DNA from: the human T2T-CHM13v2.0 reference genome, Homo sapiens
DNA: 64,000 nucleotides
Assembly: GCF_009914755.1 (NCBI RefSeq)
Contig: NC_060947.1
Reading direction: 5' to 3' (one strand)
Positions 40,391-53,213 of the stretch are shown one piece after another (position 1 is the first letter of the stretch; each line of letters begins with the position of its first letter). The translations under genes were made by a program, and so were the position numbers. The notes under the pieces were generated by a model that saw nothing but the letters and a program-made list of their open reading frames with translations, had not been told where the DNA came from and searched no databases.

Positions 40391-42283
40391 ATGCTTTCAT
40401 TTCTACAGCATTCTCTATGGTCCCAACTGTTTAGACAACTGAGGCTCCTGGACCATGATAACTATAATCATGCAATGGGGCTGGGAAAGTAGAAGGAAGG
40501 GGTATTCTACCTTCAGTATTGTTTTGGAGCAGAAAGGAAGGTTTAATTCTATAGTGTTTTCCATTTGAAACTGTCAATTTTTAAATAAGGGGTTTTCATG
40601 CCAGAACATTGATATTTTCAGCAATTTGTAGTGATTTCTCAGCATTCATAGGATTGATCGCTTTGCTACATATAGATCCTCATGATAGACCAAGAAGGAA
40701 GAAGGCAGCTTGGGTAGTTTGGATAACACTGAGGTGGAGAGTGAGCTACAAACTAATCATGAATAGGTGTGTATTCACCCCTATCTAAGCACCATAGCAT
40801 GACCGTTCGAGTTTCCCATAGATAGACAAGTTAAAGTGGGAAGGCAGTTCTTTTGCTGTATTCTCGATGTTACATTGTGACTGTATTCTTGGATATTACA
40901 TTGCAAAGATAGCATCCTCGGCTTCCAAGCACTTTTCATTGCAGAGTGCCCTCTGCTGAAGAAGCAGGGAGGTTCACGAAGAATTTTGCAAGTGAATAGC
41001 ACTGTACATCTCTCCTTGTTTCTATGTTCTGTTATTTCCATCTGTATTAAAGAGCACTTAAACTCATTACCTTTTAATAGCACAAACCTTTATCTGGCAT
41101 TAAAGTATGCCACACATGATACTTGCCCCAAACACAAAACAAAACAAACAAAACCGAACATAACAACTATGAAATCGCCTTGCCTCTTGTATACATTTAT
41201 ACTGATGCTTGTCAAGAATTACAAGCCCATTGAAATCCCTACTTTCTACAGTGATCTGCAAGGTGAACAGATGCTTGTAGTTTCTTTCTTACATGCTTTT
41301 CTGAATTATTTGCAAACCCTTGATTGTCCTTGTTTCTCATTCTGGCTCCGAAACCTACTTTACAAGCATTTATAAATAAACCTACTTTACACGTTTGCAA
41401 AATCCTTTAAAGAGGGAATGGTATGTTGTGGTTTAGTTTCTTCTGTTTCCAGTTTCTTGTACAAAACTACTGCAAATTTTTCCTTTAGTCTTTTGCGTAA
41501 CCTTTGTGAATTCTGAATGTAGATGGTGACTCTAACTTTTCTTGAAACCAAGACATATTTTAATCAAAATTTATCAAAATGCTTATAAGCTTTATTATTA
41601 TTAGAAAGTAAACAGAAATAGGGACACTTTCTTTAGCTCTTGAAACTAGCTTAATGAGATAAAATGGAAACATCCAAACTAGATTTTTATTAACATGATT
41701 GCATTTCTTTTGGTGAACAACTTTTATAAAACTGGTTAATGCTACATAGCAAAACAAAAACGCAAACAAAACACACACACATATAATATTTTAATTGATT
41801 TAAGAATAAAGAACTGTAAGACCATGAATTATACATTTACATATATTTTTTACTTTATATTTTCATTAGTATAGCATCTCATAAAATTAAAACACTGTCA
41901 AACACTATCTCTTTAAATCTCACAGCATGCTGTATATTCCAAGTAAAAATTGGAACCGCTTATCTCTTTTGGCCTGTTTGATGATAGAGAATTTTAATTT
42001 TAGAATGTCCTGGAGCATTTGGGAAGTGGGATTGCATAGCTATATGTATAATTATTCTTTGAGTTTCTTTTTCTGGGATGTTGGTTAATTTCATTAACTA
42101 CTCAATATCTGTTACTTTGCCAGTAAATTAAAGACTAAAAAGGGAGTGAAATATCATTATGGCTATTTTGCTTCTTTGTATGGCCCCTTTTGAGTTTATT
42201 GAACATTTATAGCTATTAAAATATGGGCAAAATGCTTTATGTTAATTTTTTTGCTTCCTTTCATTTTTGTTTTTTGTTTTTAG

Positions 42284-42326
42284 TTACATTTGTATCTTAA
42301 TGCTAATGTTGGAAATATGCTGCTTG
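42284..42326 (+). other. Candidate 43-nt exon of an unidentified host gene
   Basis: ttaat branch-like site, AG-free T-rich tract of about 37 nt, tag acceptor, TTG|gtatga donor. Two open frames. Lies in a repeat-free block. Confidence 0.4.
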
Positions 42327-43435
42327 GTATGATTTTGAAACAATTTATTTACTTTTGAAAACATTTTTGTGTTTTCTCTCCTCACTTCATGAATATATTT
42401 CCTCTAGTTTACAAATTTACCAAAAGACTATTGTTTGGGGGGAAATGTCAAAATACCTTCAAATATCTTCCATTATACTGTTTGTTGCTTAGTTGTATTT
42501 TTGTCTTCATTTCTGTTTTATTAAGAGGTTTTCTTTTACTTTTAAGAATTTGAAATCTGTCAAAACAGCGCATTAAATGATTCTGAATCATCATGATCCA
42601 ATGTTTTATTTCCTTCTCCCAGAGATGGGCAGCCTAAAATGCATGATTGTTGTGTAATTTTGACGTATTTATAACCTTCTTTGTACATCCTGATCACGAG
42701 CAATCTCAAGCTTCTCGGCTGAATCTAGGGTTTGGGAGTGAAGAATTTGGTTAGTAAGGATGGGCAAGAGTTTTCTGGAAAGTTTAGTACTTCTGATGTA
42801 TGTTTCAAAGCATGGCATTTGATTTTCCTATATACTTTTAGCTATGTGTATTTCGAATGTTACATTCTTCTTTCCCTACTGGGCACATTGAAAGTCTCCT
42901 TTTTCCCTGTTGGTTTACAATTTTACTGACAGAAAAAGGGCAAAAGAAAAGTCTGTTTATACAACCTAATTGATTTTTAGTTCAAGTTGAAAACTTATTT
43001 TAAAGATATGTAAATCATAACCAAGTTACTCCACCTGAGGCTCTATGCATTGTGCCACTCTGGTTTTGGAAAAATATTTTGAAGTATCATTTGGATTTTG
43101 GCAAATATTACTGGGTCAGAAACTGGGCCACCCAACTCTTTACCCTTCTCTGGTAGAGGAGTGTTATCCTAAATGAGCTTTCATTACTGACATCCCATTG
43201 TGGCTAACTCCTTTCCCCTGAATTGTACTTATGCAGCAGATAGTGTTGAATATATGCATATATGTTTGTGATCAATGTCAAGTTTGCTGAATTAGTATGG
43301 TAAAGAAGTGTGTAATGGAAACATAGCTGTAAAGTGTTAGAGTTGGGTGTTAGATTAATTCATTGACATCTATCTTTATTTTGTTAATCCACTTCAGTGG
43401 ATACAACACAAGTATTGTAAGTTCATTTTCAAAAC

Positions 43436-43469
43436 TGTGCGTGCGTGTGTGTGTGTGTGTGTGTGTGTG
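43436..43469. repeat. (GT)n microsatellite
   Basis: tgtgcgtgc followed by about 12 GT units. Confidence 0.95.
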
Positions 43470-43880
43470 AGAATGTGTGTGTTCTACCACACTTAATTAC
43501 AACAACATCTAGAACACCTTTCCCTGTCTCCAGGTAAAACAAATCAAAATAAAAAAACAGCCTTTTTTTCATATTTCTATTGGCATTCCTAATCTTTTCT
43601 CAGTACTGATTTTATCCACAGTTTTCTATAGATAGTGAGAGGGTAAGTCATTAGGTTGCAAAGATTACAGAGATTTTACTCTAGAACCCTAAAACAGAAA
43701 TGCATTGACAATTTTTATATTGCTGTTTTTCTCATTTGAGCTCTCAGTATTTAATTACATAATGTTAATACTATAAGTGGAAAGTTTCTGTAAATAGTAT
43801 TAGCTCTTCGGGAGAGAAAATTTCTGAAGAAATTTAGTGAATACATGAGATAATGGTCTTCAGAACACATTCTTATTGGA

Positions 43881-44930
43881 TGTATAGTATCCAAAATTTA
43901 TGAGAAATTCCACTTAATAGCAAAAAAACCAAACTCCATCTAAAAATGGACAAAGGACCTGAACAGATATTTTCCCAAAGACGACGTACAAATGGCCAAC
44001 AGGTATATTAAAAGATGCTTAATATCACTAATCATCAGGGAAATGCCAATTAAAATCACAATGAGATATCACCTCATACCTGTTAGGGGAGCTTTTATCA
44101 AAAAGTCAAGAGACAACAAGTGTTAGCAAGGATGTAGAGAGAAACGAACCCTTGTTGGTGGGAAAGTACAACCATTGTGCAACCATTATGGGAAACTATG
44201 GAGGTTCCTCAAAAAACTAAAAATAGAACTACCATATGATCTAGCAATCCCACTTCTGGGTACATATCCAAAACAAATGTAGTCAGTATGTCGAATAGAT
44301 ATCTGCATTCTCATATTTATTGCAGCACTATTCACAGTAGCCAAGATGTGGAATCTACCTAAGTGTCCACTGACAGATATTGGATAAAGAAAATGTGATA
44401 TATATGTACATACAATGGAATACTATTCAGCTTTAAAATAGAAGGAAATCCTACCATTTGCAACAGCACACATGAACCTTGAGGACATTATGTTAAGTGA
44501 AATAAGCCAGACACAGAAAGACAAATACTGCATGATCTCACTTATATGTGGTATCTAAAAAAAAAGTCAAACTCATATTCAGCAGAGTAGTATCATGGTT
44601 CTCAGAGGCTGTGGGGTGGGGGAAAAGGGGAGCTATTGGTCAAATGATACAAACCTTCAGCTGTAAGATGAATAAGTACTGGAGACCTAATGAACACTAT
44701 GGTGACTATAGTTAATGTAATGTATACTTGAAATATGCTAAGAGAATAGATCTTAAGTGTCCTCACTACACACAAACAAAAATGGTAACTGTGTGAGGTG
44801 ATGGATATGCCAATTAACTTGATTGTGGTAATCATTTCACAATGTATACATATATTAAAACATCACATTGTATGCCGTAAATATAGGCAACTTTTGTTTG
44901 TTCATCATACCTCAATAAAAGTGAAAAAAA
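43881..44930 (+). mobile_element. 5'-truncated L1MA (MA8/9-like)
   Basis: ORF2 C-terminal and 3'UTR ending cctcaataaaagtgaaaaaaa. Degenerate TSD cacattcttattgga / cacatccttatatgga. Confidence 0.88.
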
Positions 44931-47009
44931 CCCTCACATCCTTATATGGAATAAGCTGATCAATACTATATCATTAGCAAAAGCGGTGAGAGTTATATGT
45001 TATTTTCCAAAGGTAAGGAGCCATTTTTTAAATATAGGACAAAATAATTATTTCTAAAAGAGTTTACATATTCACCATAATTAATGATGAAATTAGGTTT
45101 TATTGATTTTGGAAAAGGAGAAGAGTGAGTGGGCATTTACTCATTTAGATGTTATAATATTTTTTAATGTTACAATAATAAGGTAGAATAGGAAATAGCA
45201 TTTTAAAAAATAAGAAATCTGTTTATCATTTATCTAAGAGCTTATTATTCATCATAAAGTTTAAGAACTCTAAATACTGCAAGAAATAAAACTATTCTTT
45301 TTATAACAGTCAATAAAGCTATTTAATTACTTTTGTGAGAATCCTTGGTTATATATTTGATTAATTTTTGCATTTTGTGTTGATGTTTGATTAATTATTT
45401 TCTAACTGTTATAATCTTGCACATTTAATTATTTGTTTTATTCTAAAGGTGACACACTTAGGTGATTTTGGGCATGTGTATGTATATATGTGTGTGTGTG
45501 CCGGGAGATTTCTATTAGAAATACTACCAAAAACAAAGTCCTCTTTTGTCTTGGCTTTTAATATCCACAAATATCAAACCAACACTTTGGGAAAAATATT
45601 ATATGTGATTTCTACCTGAGTCAAAACCATAGCTGCTGGGGTTCAAGTCCATTGCCACTTAATGTGCCCTCAGTCCTCTCTGTTTGCCATACTTTAACAT
45701 CCTAGGACCACCTGTTTTTATCATATTAATGTCATTTAGCTTGCGTGGATGGCTAGATTTAGTTTTTAAGATCCTGGTTGACAGTGTTTCTATTTGACCC
45801 AGACAGCTCTCTTGTTTTCTCCTTTGCAAGTCTGACCCAGCAATACTTGCTTCTTGACCCACATGAATGTTGTTAAGAGTACTTTGTGTCTGGAAAGAAA
45901 CTTGAATTCTTAGAATAAAGGGATGCCATCTAAATACCAAATTTTACATTATCGATTGCTTGCTAGATTGTACTGTGTGTGTATCCTGTCCAACGTAATT
46001 TTCTCACTAAAAACTTTGCCATCTTGCCTGCTGAGACTTCCTTTTCACTACTTTGTGTTGGCTTCTCTCCTCTCTCTGCCCATGCTGTGATAAAATCACT
46101 ATGGTTAGAGCTAAAGCCAAACCTTTTAAAAACCTAATTAAGTCTTTTTTTTCTATCTGTGATAAAATATCACTGACCAGAAATCTAAAGAGCATCAGGG
46201 GAAGAAAACCATAAATAATGCCCTAAAATATAAGGACACACATCAGTAAAGAGAAAAACAACTCATTGAATCATGCCACCATGCTGGGGCACTTTCATGA
46301 GGCTTAGGTATAAAGTGGTACTTTTATAGCCACTGGTCAGGATTGTAATTGGAATAGCTGTTACTGCTAGTATTGCTGTTATTGCTGGTATCTCAAAAAT
46401 GTGAATCACTTTTTATCTCTTAACCATAAACAGATACCATAGCAAAAATGGATTTATTCATAAATTCCACAGATCGAGAAAGACCTCAAGCCGAAAGCAG
46501 GTCAGCTTTAGCTTCATAGACTATAAGTCCTGGGCATTTCAGAAAAAATAGCTTTTCTAGAAGTTTAGATAATTTTGGTGAATTATGAAGTCCTTGAAAC
46601 ATTGTTGGGTCTATAATTTTTCAGGAGACTGAAAAATCACCCAGAGAATGACTAAGAAATCTTTTCCTGCATTGCCATATAGTTGTTAAAGTTCAAGTGG
46701 TAAACAAATAAAGGATGGAAATGTCATTCTGGTTTCTAAATATACTGTAATTTCTTTGAGATTCCTCTTATCAGGAAACTTCCGCCCTTAGGATTCTTTG
46801 ACATCTAATTTGTTGAACTGTTTATAAAACACAGAAATGTGAAGATGCATGAGATATTGTTTACAAAATATTCATGGCCCAAACTAGAAAAAAAAAATCC
46901 ACATTGAACGCCTAACTGTTGAATGTAGTATGACTGTGATATCTTCTTAGGGGGAGTTCTTGATGTTTCTATTCCTTGGAAAAATTTGACATGAGACTAC
47001 TATTGTCTT

Positions 47010-47300
47010 TGTATGGTAGATTCGATTATTGTTCAGGGAATAATCATCCTTTTCCTGTTCATCTCCATGGGAAGATTGTCTACTATGCTATCCTATAGAT
47101 GCCGGTCTTGGCCATATTACTTGCTTTGGCCAGTGGCATGCTAGTGAATGTGATGTGAGCAGAGGCCTGAAATATGCTAGTGTAGTTGGGCTTATTCTCT
47201 TGTGTCTGTTCCTCTGCCATGAAATATACTCTTTGGTCTAGATAGCTCTCTGTCCCAAGGGCTATGCTCATGCAAAACAGACTTGAACCCAAACTGCAGC
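47010..47300 (+). mobile_element. MLT1G/H-like MaLR LTR, 5' part
   Basis: ttggccatattacttgctttggccagtggcatg...tgtgagcagaggcctgaaat. Confidence 0.65.
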
Positions 47301-47673
47301 TGATATGGTTTGGCTGTGTCCCCACCCAAACCTCATCTTGAATTGTACTTCCTATAATCCCCACATGTCAGGGGAGGGATCTGGTGAGAGGTAATTGAAT
47401 CATGGGGGCAGTTACCTCCATGCTGTTCTTGTGATAATGAGTTCTCATGAGATCTGACGGTTTTATAAGGGGCTTTTCCCCCACTTTGCTCTGCACTTCT
47501 CCTTGCTGCCATTACGTGAAGAAGGATGTGTTTGCTTCCCCTTCCTCCATGATTGTAAGTTTCCTCAGGCCTCCCCAGCCCTGCAGAACTGTGAGTCAAT
47601 TAAACGTCTTTCCTTGATAAATTACGCAGTCTAGGATATGTCTTTATTAGTCGTGTGAGAATGGACTAATACA
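47301..47673 (+). mobile_element. THE1 (THE1C-like) 5' LTR
   Basis: tgatatggtttggctgtgtccccacccaaa...ggactaataca. Confidence 0.93.
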
Positions 47674-48018
47674 ATAAATTGGTACCAGTTAGTGGGGCAC
47701 TGCTGTAAAGATACCCCAAAATGTGGAAGTGACTTTGGAACTGGGCAACAGGCAGAGGTTGGAAGGGTTTGGAGGGCTCAGAAGAAGACAGAAAGATATG
47801 GGACAGTTTGGAACTTCCTAGAGACTTGTTGAATGGCTTTGACCAAAATGCTGATAGTGATATGGACAATGAAGTCCAGACGGAGGTGGTCTTGGATGGA
47901 GATGAGGAACTTGTTGGGAACTGGAATAAAGGTCACTCTTGCTATGCAAAGAGACTGGTGGCATTTTGCCCCTGCTCTAGAGATCTGTGGAACTTTGAAC
48001 TAGAGAGAGATGATTTAG
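47674..48018 (+). mobile_element. THE1 internal sequence, truncated
   Basis: aaattggtaccag start. MaLR-int ORF LEGSEEDRKIWDSLELPRDLLNGFDQNADSDMDNEVQ. Confidence 0.9.
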
Positions 48019-48334
48019 TATGACTTTGCTAGCACTCTTTGTTATTGTACTGTTATTTGGAGGATATAAGCTGTATCCCAAATTAAAATGCAAAGTCATA
48101 TAAGAGCAAGAACACTACCTTTCCTATTATATATCCGTTCCCATAGACACACACAATGCCTGATAGACTATTTAACCTATGGGAGCCCTCCAGATTTGTT
48201 AATCTAGTGAGTGGTGAGTGGAAACATTGGAGAAATTAGAGAGATGAGTGGATTCTATAGGATATCTAGGAAAACAAAGCCATTTTACTGTTTTCTTGCA
48301 TCTTATCCGTAGGAATATTATTTGCCAATACTAG

Positions 48335-49005
48335 CAGGATGTGGAGACATAGGAACGCTTTTATACTGTTGGTGAGAGTGTAAATTAGTTCAACCATTGT
48401 GGAAGACAGTGTGGCAATTCCTCAAGGATCTAGAACCAGAAATACCATTTGACCCAGCAATCCCATTACTGGGTATATACCCAGAGGATTATAAATCATT
48501 CTGTTATAAAGACACATGCACATGCATGTTTATTGCAGCACTGTTCACAATAGCAAAGACTTGGAACCAACCCAAATGCATCAATGATAGGCTGGATAAA
48601 GAAAATGTGGTACATATACACCATGGAATACTATGCAGCCATAAAAAAGGATGAGTTCATGTCTTTTGCGGGGACATGGATGAAGCTGGAAACCATCATT
48701 CTCAGCAAACTAACACAAGAACAAAAAAAGCAAACACCACGTGTTCTCACTTATAAGTGGAGTTGAACAATGAGAACACATGGACACAGGGAGGGGAACA
48801 TCACACACTGGGGCCTGTCAGGGGGTTTGGGGTTAGGGGAGGGATAGCATTAGGAGAAATACCTAATGTAGATGATGGGTTGATGGGTGCAGCAAACCAC
48901 CATGGCGCATGTATACCTATGTAACAAACCTGCATGTTCTGCCCATGTATCCCAGAACTTAAAGTATAGTAAAAAAAAGACAAAGAAAAAAATAAAAAAA
49001 GGAAA
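48335..49005 (+). mobile_element. 5'-truncated L1PA (PA8-like) 3' fragment
   Basis: [28 protein letters not shown]; 3'UTR ggagaaatacctaatgtagatga; A-rich tail. Confidence 0.9.
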
Positions 49006-49014
49006 AGGTTCTAG

Positions 49015-49420
49015 AATCAGTGAGTGAATCAATGAATGAAAGAATGAATAGAACATAGTGCATTCCCTCCAGGAGCTTACAACGTAGTTGTAGAGACAAA
49101 CATGTAAACATGTCAGAGCAATGTGATATGTACAGTAATAGAGAAATGAATAAGGTGCCATAGGAGCACAAGGAAGTTATGGTTAATTCAGTCTTTCCAA
49201 AGGAGCTGATGGGTAAACTGAGTCTGAGAGGAGTTAGCTTAACAGACTAGGGAGTAGGAAAAAGAACTTCCAGATAGGTAGAGAGGAGTGGTCAAAGGCA
49301 CAGAGTTGTATGACTTGCAGAATTGCCTATTTTGGAAATAATTATTTTTGGTGGTACGGCTGAAGTATAGGATGTATATGGTCCAGCATAACAAAGTAAG
49401 GAGAACGTAGGCAGTTGGAA
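49015..49420. mobile_element. L2 fragments
   Basis: (tgaa)n L2 tail followed by antisense L2 (ccctccaggagcttaca...ggagcaca). Confidence 0.55.
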
Positions 49421-50027
49421 TCCATGCCATGGGTCCTTTGCGTTTAATGCCCCTTTCTGATCCTCCTATGACTATGCCCTCTTCGTGAGGTGAGAAGTCC
49501 ATAGAGCTAATAGGATATGCCCACCTAGAGTTTGAACTTCTTTTTCTAAACCATGCTCCAGGTACTTGTGACTTAAGAATTTTCCTCTCAGATAACCTCA
49601 GCCCACTTTCAGGACCTGCACAGTTTTCTTCCCAAGATCTGTCTTACTGGGGGAAGGCTATGACACTGTTGTTTGTATCCTTAGATGTGAGAGACGGCCA
49701 AGAGGTATCTGCTTGGGGAATGTAGATGGAGCTTAGAAATACAAGTTGGGGTGTCCATAGGTTTGTTAGGGAGGCTCTTCATACTGCTAGAGGGAAGAGG
49801 AGGATCTGGGCAGAAGAAAAATGTGTGGGATAGGTGCCAGGTAAAGGCCTCCATTTGTATTCTTGCTCTGGGCTCTGCAAATGTTAGCAGTGGGCTTTCA
49901 TGAGAACCTTACTTTTAATTGTGAATCAGGAGAAAAGTTTATCTCCTGAAAGGGAATAAGAATGGTGTAGAGGTTTCAAGGAGAGCAGTAAATGTTCAGA
50001 AAAGCTTCTGTAAAAATGAAAGCAGGA

Positions 50028-50086
50028 CACTTACAAATGGTTAAAATGATAAATAGTACATGTATATTTGAACACAATAAATTTTA
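50028..50086 (+). mobile_element. Very short L1MB-like 3' tail with TSD
   Basis: cacttacaaatggttaaaatg...cacaataaa flanked by aaaaatgaaagca(g/a)ga at 50012-50027 and 50087-50102. Confidence 0.75.
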
Positions 50087-51222
50087 AAAAATGAAAGCAA
50101 GAACAAATTAGAGATTTATAAGAAGTTTGCTGAGAGCCAGTTGGAGACCACCTGCAGCTGGAGACCATGACTCTGTCATGAAACCTATCTGTGCAGTTGT
50201 CCTTTTTCTCTTTCTCTCAGCAGGCAGGATATAAGAGGAGAGAAGGTGGCTGCCAGTACCTATTAGATGCTGAGCGATGTCAGAGTCAATGCCATGGATG
50301 GATAGCAGATTAAGTTGGAAGTGCTTCCAAGAAAGTGATTCAAATTATTCTTCATGGAGTTTAAGTTTGATAGGGAATATGTGGACCTGAAAGAATGTGA
50401 TGACCTGGTGACCTGGGGAAAAAAAGGAAGAATGAAAGATATATTGTTGGTAAAGTTAAACAGGAAGTATAGTGGAAGAATAGATGTTGTTTCAGCCAGT
50501 GGGAACTTGGAGTTTGGTGTATTTCAAGTAGAAAATTTCCTGGAGAAATGAAGGTTCAGGATATGGTCTCAGGTGATAGTAGCTAAAGTAGAATGGGGTT
50601 GAAAAAATGTGGATCTTTGTGGATACAAACTGCATGATACATCCTCAAGGATGTTGAAGTTACCGAAGATGAGATCAGGGCTCAGAGCTGAAAGAAGGAT
50701 ATCAGCTCTCATTGAATATGAGGGAGCTACTCAAGGCCTAGACATGAATGCAAGGAGGAGATGCAGAGGAAGTGAAGCCTGATGACATAATCTTGAAAGC
50801 AGAAACATTCTTACAGGAGGATGATCAGAGCAATGGTTTTGAACAGCAATCGGAAGTGAGGATAATCTACTGGTTGTACAAATATTAGTCTAATATGACT
50901 CTTGTCCTCAAATAGCTTTCAGGAAAATAGGGAGGCAGATGCATAACATATTGTGATGAGGGAATTCATGATAGAATTATACATTGAATGTTATAATGGT
51001 ATAAAGGAAAAATATTCCTTCAATATAGTGCCTTAAAGGGCTACCTGAAAGAAATATGTTACAGGAATATGGCAAAATGACCTACTTCCACTTAAGAATG
51101 CTTCAAGATAAATGATGATATCTTGGGAGAACCAGATTTTAGCTGATGAAAAAATAGTAATGAAAATTAGAAACTAATTTTGTAAGAGGGTGAGAAAAAA
51201 TTTTAAAGTTTTTGAATCAGAG

Positions 51223-51429
51223 CAATGGTGTGCTGGTAAATGTTTAAAAAAAGGGATCTTAATTTTCAAAATGCCCCAATTTGGAGTGTCTGTTGATTTC
51301 TGTGATATAAATACTCCCATTATGGCTGATTTCAAGCCACCAACATAACATTACTGAATGTGGAATTGGGAGAAGGTGTGCACAACTGGCTCTAGCAAGG
51401 CCATAGGAGCTAGCTCCAGCACACCATTT
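51223..51429 (-). mobile_element. MER63A-like hAT DNA transposon
   Basis: TIRs aatggtgtgctgg / ccagcacaccatt. 8-bp TSD aatcagag / aatcaaag. Confidence 0.85.
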
Positions 51430-52854
51430 AATCAAAGCTCCAGAAATAAAAGTTTTGGAAGAAGATTTTCAGTCGAAGAAAGAGTTGGTTGGGGGTAGGG
51501 AGGTGGTAGCGGGGAGGTGGTTGAAACTACAGAAGCTTAGGTGACTCAAAGGGTTTCCTTTTGGGGGCAGCCATCACAGGTATCAGGGATTAAGAGGCTT
51601 GGTTGGAGCAAGTGTCCTTGAGGAACCATGAAGGTTCAGCCTAAAACCTGAGTTTTCAGGACTGCTGATAGAATAGTGGTAAAATTTCATTTTGGGGTCT
51701 CTCAAGAAGGTTTTGCCTAGGGTAGGGAGGATATTACTTTTCAGTAGCATCAACAACATGGAGATTGCCAAGGAAATAAACCTGGGTTTATTGAGCATAA
51801 GCAGGCAATCTTGTATTGTTGTGCACAAACGCTGCAGCCTATGGGTACTGTTGAGGGCTGAAATTGAACCCAGAGCCTCAGCCTTGATCCAGTGGAGCAG
51901 TGTTTATCCACCAGAACACCTTTTTCTAATTCACAAAAAGGCATCAAATATGGGAGTTGCAACCCTGAGTACACTCTTCTCCCTAGGAATATTTGCATTT
52001 TTGAGAAGACATATGGAGAGAATGATGACAAGAAATGATTTAATATTGATAGAAATTCAGGCATTGAGGCAGGTTGGTAAATAAGATGTTTCTTAGAGTG
52101 TCTTATCATAGCCTGTTAAATAACATAGAATATTTATTCAGATGGTTGCCCTCCTGACTGTCTTCTTTTGGCTCAGTAAAGGTAACCAACTCCAAACACA
52201 AATTAAGTCTTCTTTTTTGTTTACTTACACATCTGACTAATTATTAATTTTTCCAAATGTAGAAAAGAATGTATCACAAAGGTTTTCCCTAAATTCTTGT
52301 AAGGTAGAAATCCAACAATCTGAGTGATGCAATCAGTATGTCTGAGATCCATTCATTGCAATATGGATCTTGCGGAATTCTGTTTGTTAACATTTTAGAA
52401 TTGGATGGTTTTCGCTTGTAGTAACTCTGCTGACATCTCTTTGATCTTTGCTGAGAGAGTTTAATCAATGTTGCCTTGCTACACGCTTGACCCTTAGGAT
52501 GTGCCAAATTAAATTTGATGTTTCCTTGGCTGGATTATTGAGTGTTGTTCTTCCATTTTCTTTGAGATGTTTTGTTTCTGTAGCAATAAAGTGAAACTTG
52601 GTTATCACCCTTGTGGCATCTGCACTCCAGGACTTTTAAAGCCTGTAATGATAATTATTTTTTTAAAAGTATAGTTTAATCTTTGAATCAAAGATTTACT
52701 TTGTTCACTAAATCTGGTTTTAGGTTAAGTTCCAGGTAAGCCCTCCATCTCCTCACCAAACACACAGAAGTGCTTGGCTTTTCCAAACAACAGGTCTATT
52801 CAATGAGGAAAACTTGGAATGCATGCACTCTAGGTGAATTAAAGGGTAAGCTAG

Positions 52855-53213
<359 letters not shown>

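Noticed and set aside
40986-41375. 129-aa plus-strand ORF in unique DNA
   Set aside because: Non-ATG start, no recognisable domain, includes a simple caaaa repeat; expected by chance.
43515-43540. Recursive splice site ccctgtctccag|gtaaaa
   Set aside because: The regenerated donor is weak (GTAAAA) and there is no other support.
51692-52109. Overlapping 130-aa and 119-aa ORFs
   Set aside because: No recognisable homology, and no poly(A)/TSD indicating a processed pseudogene.
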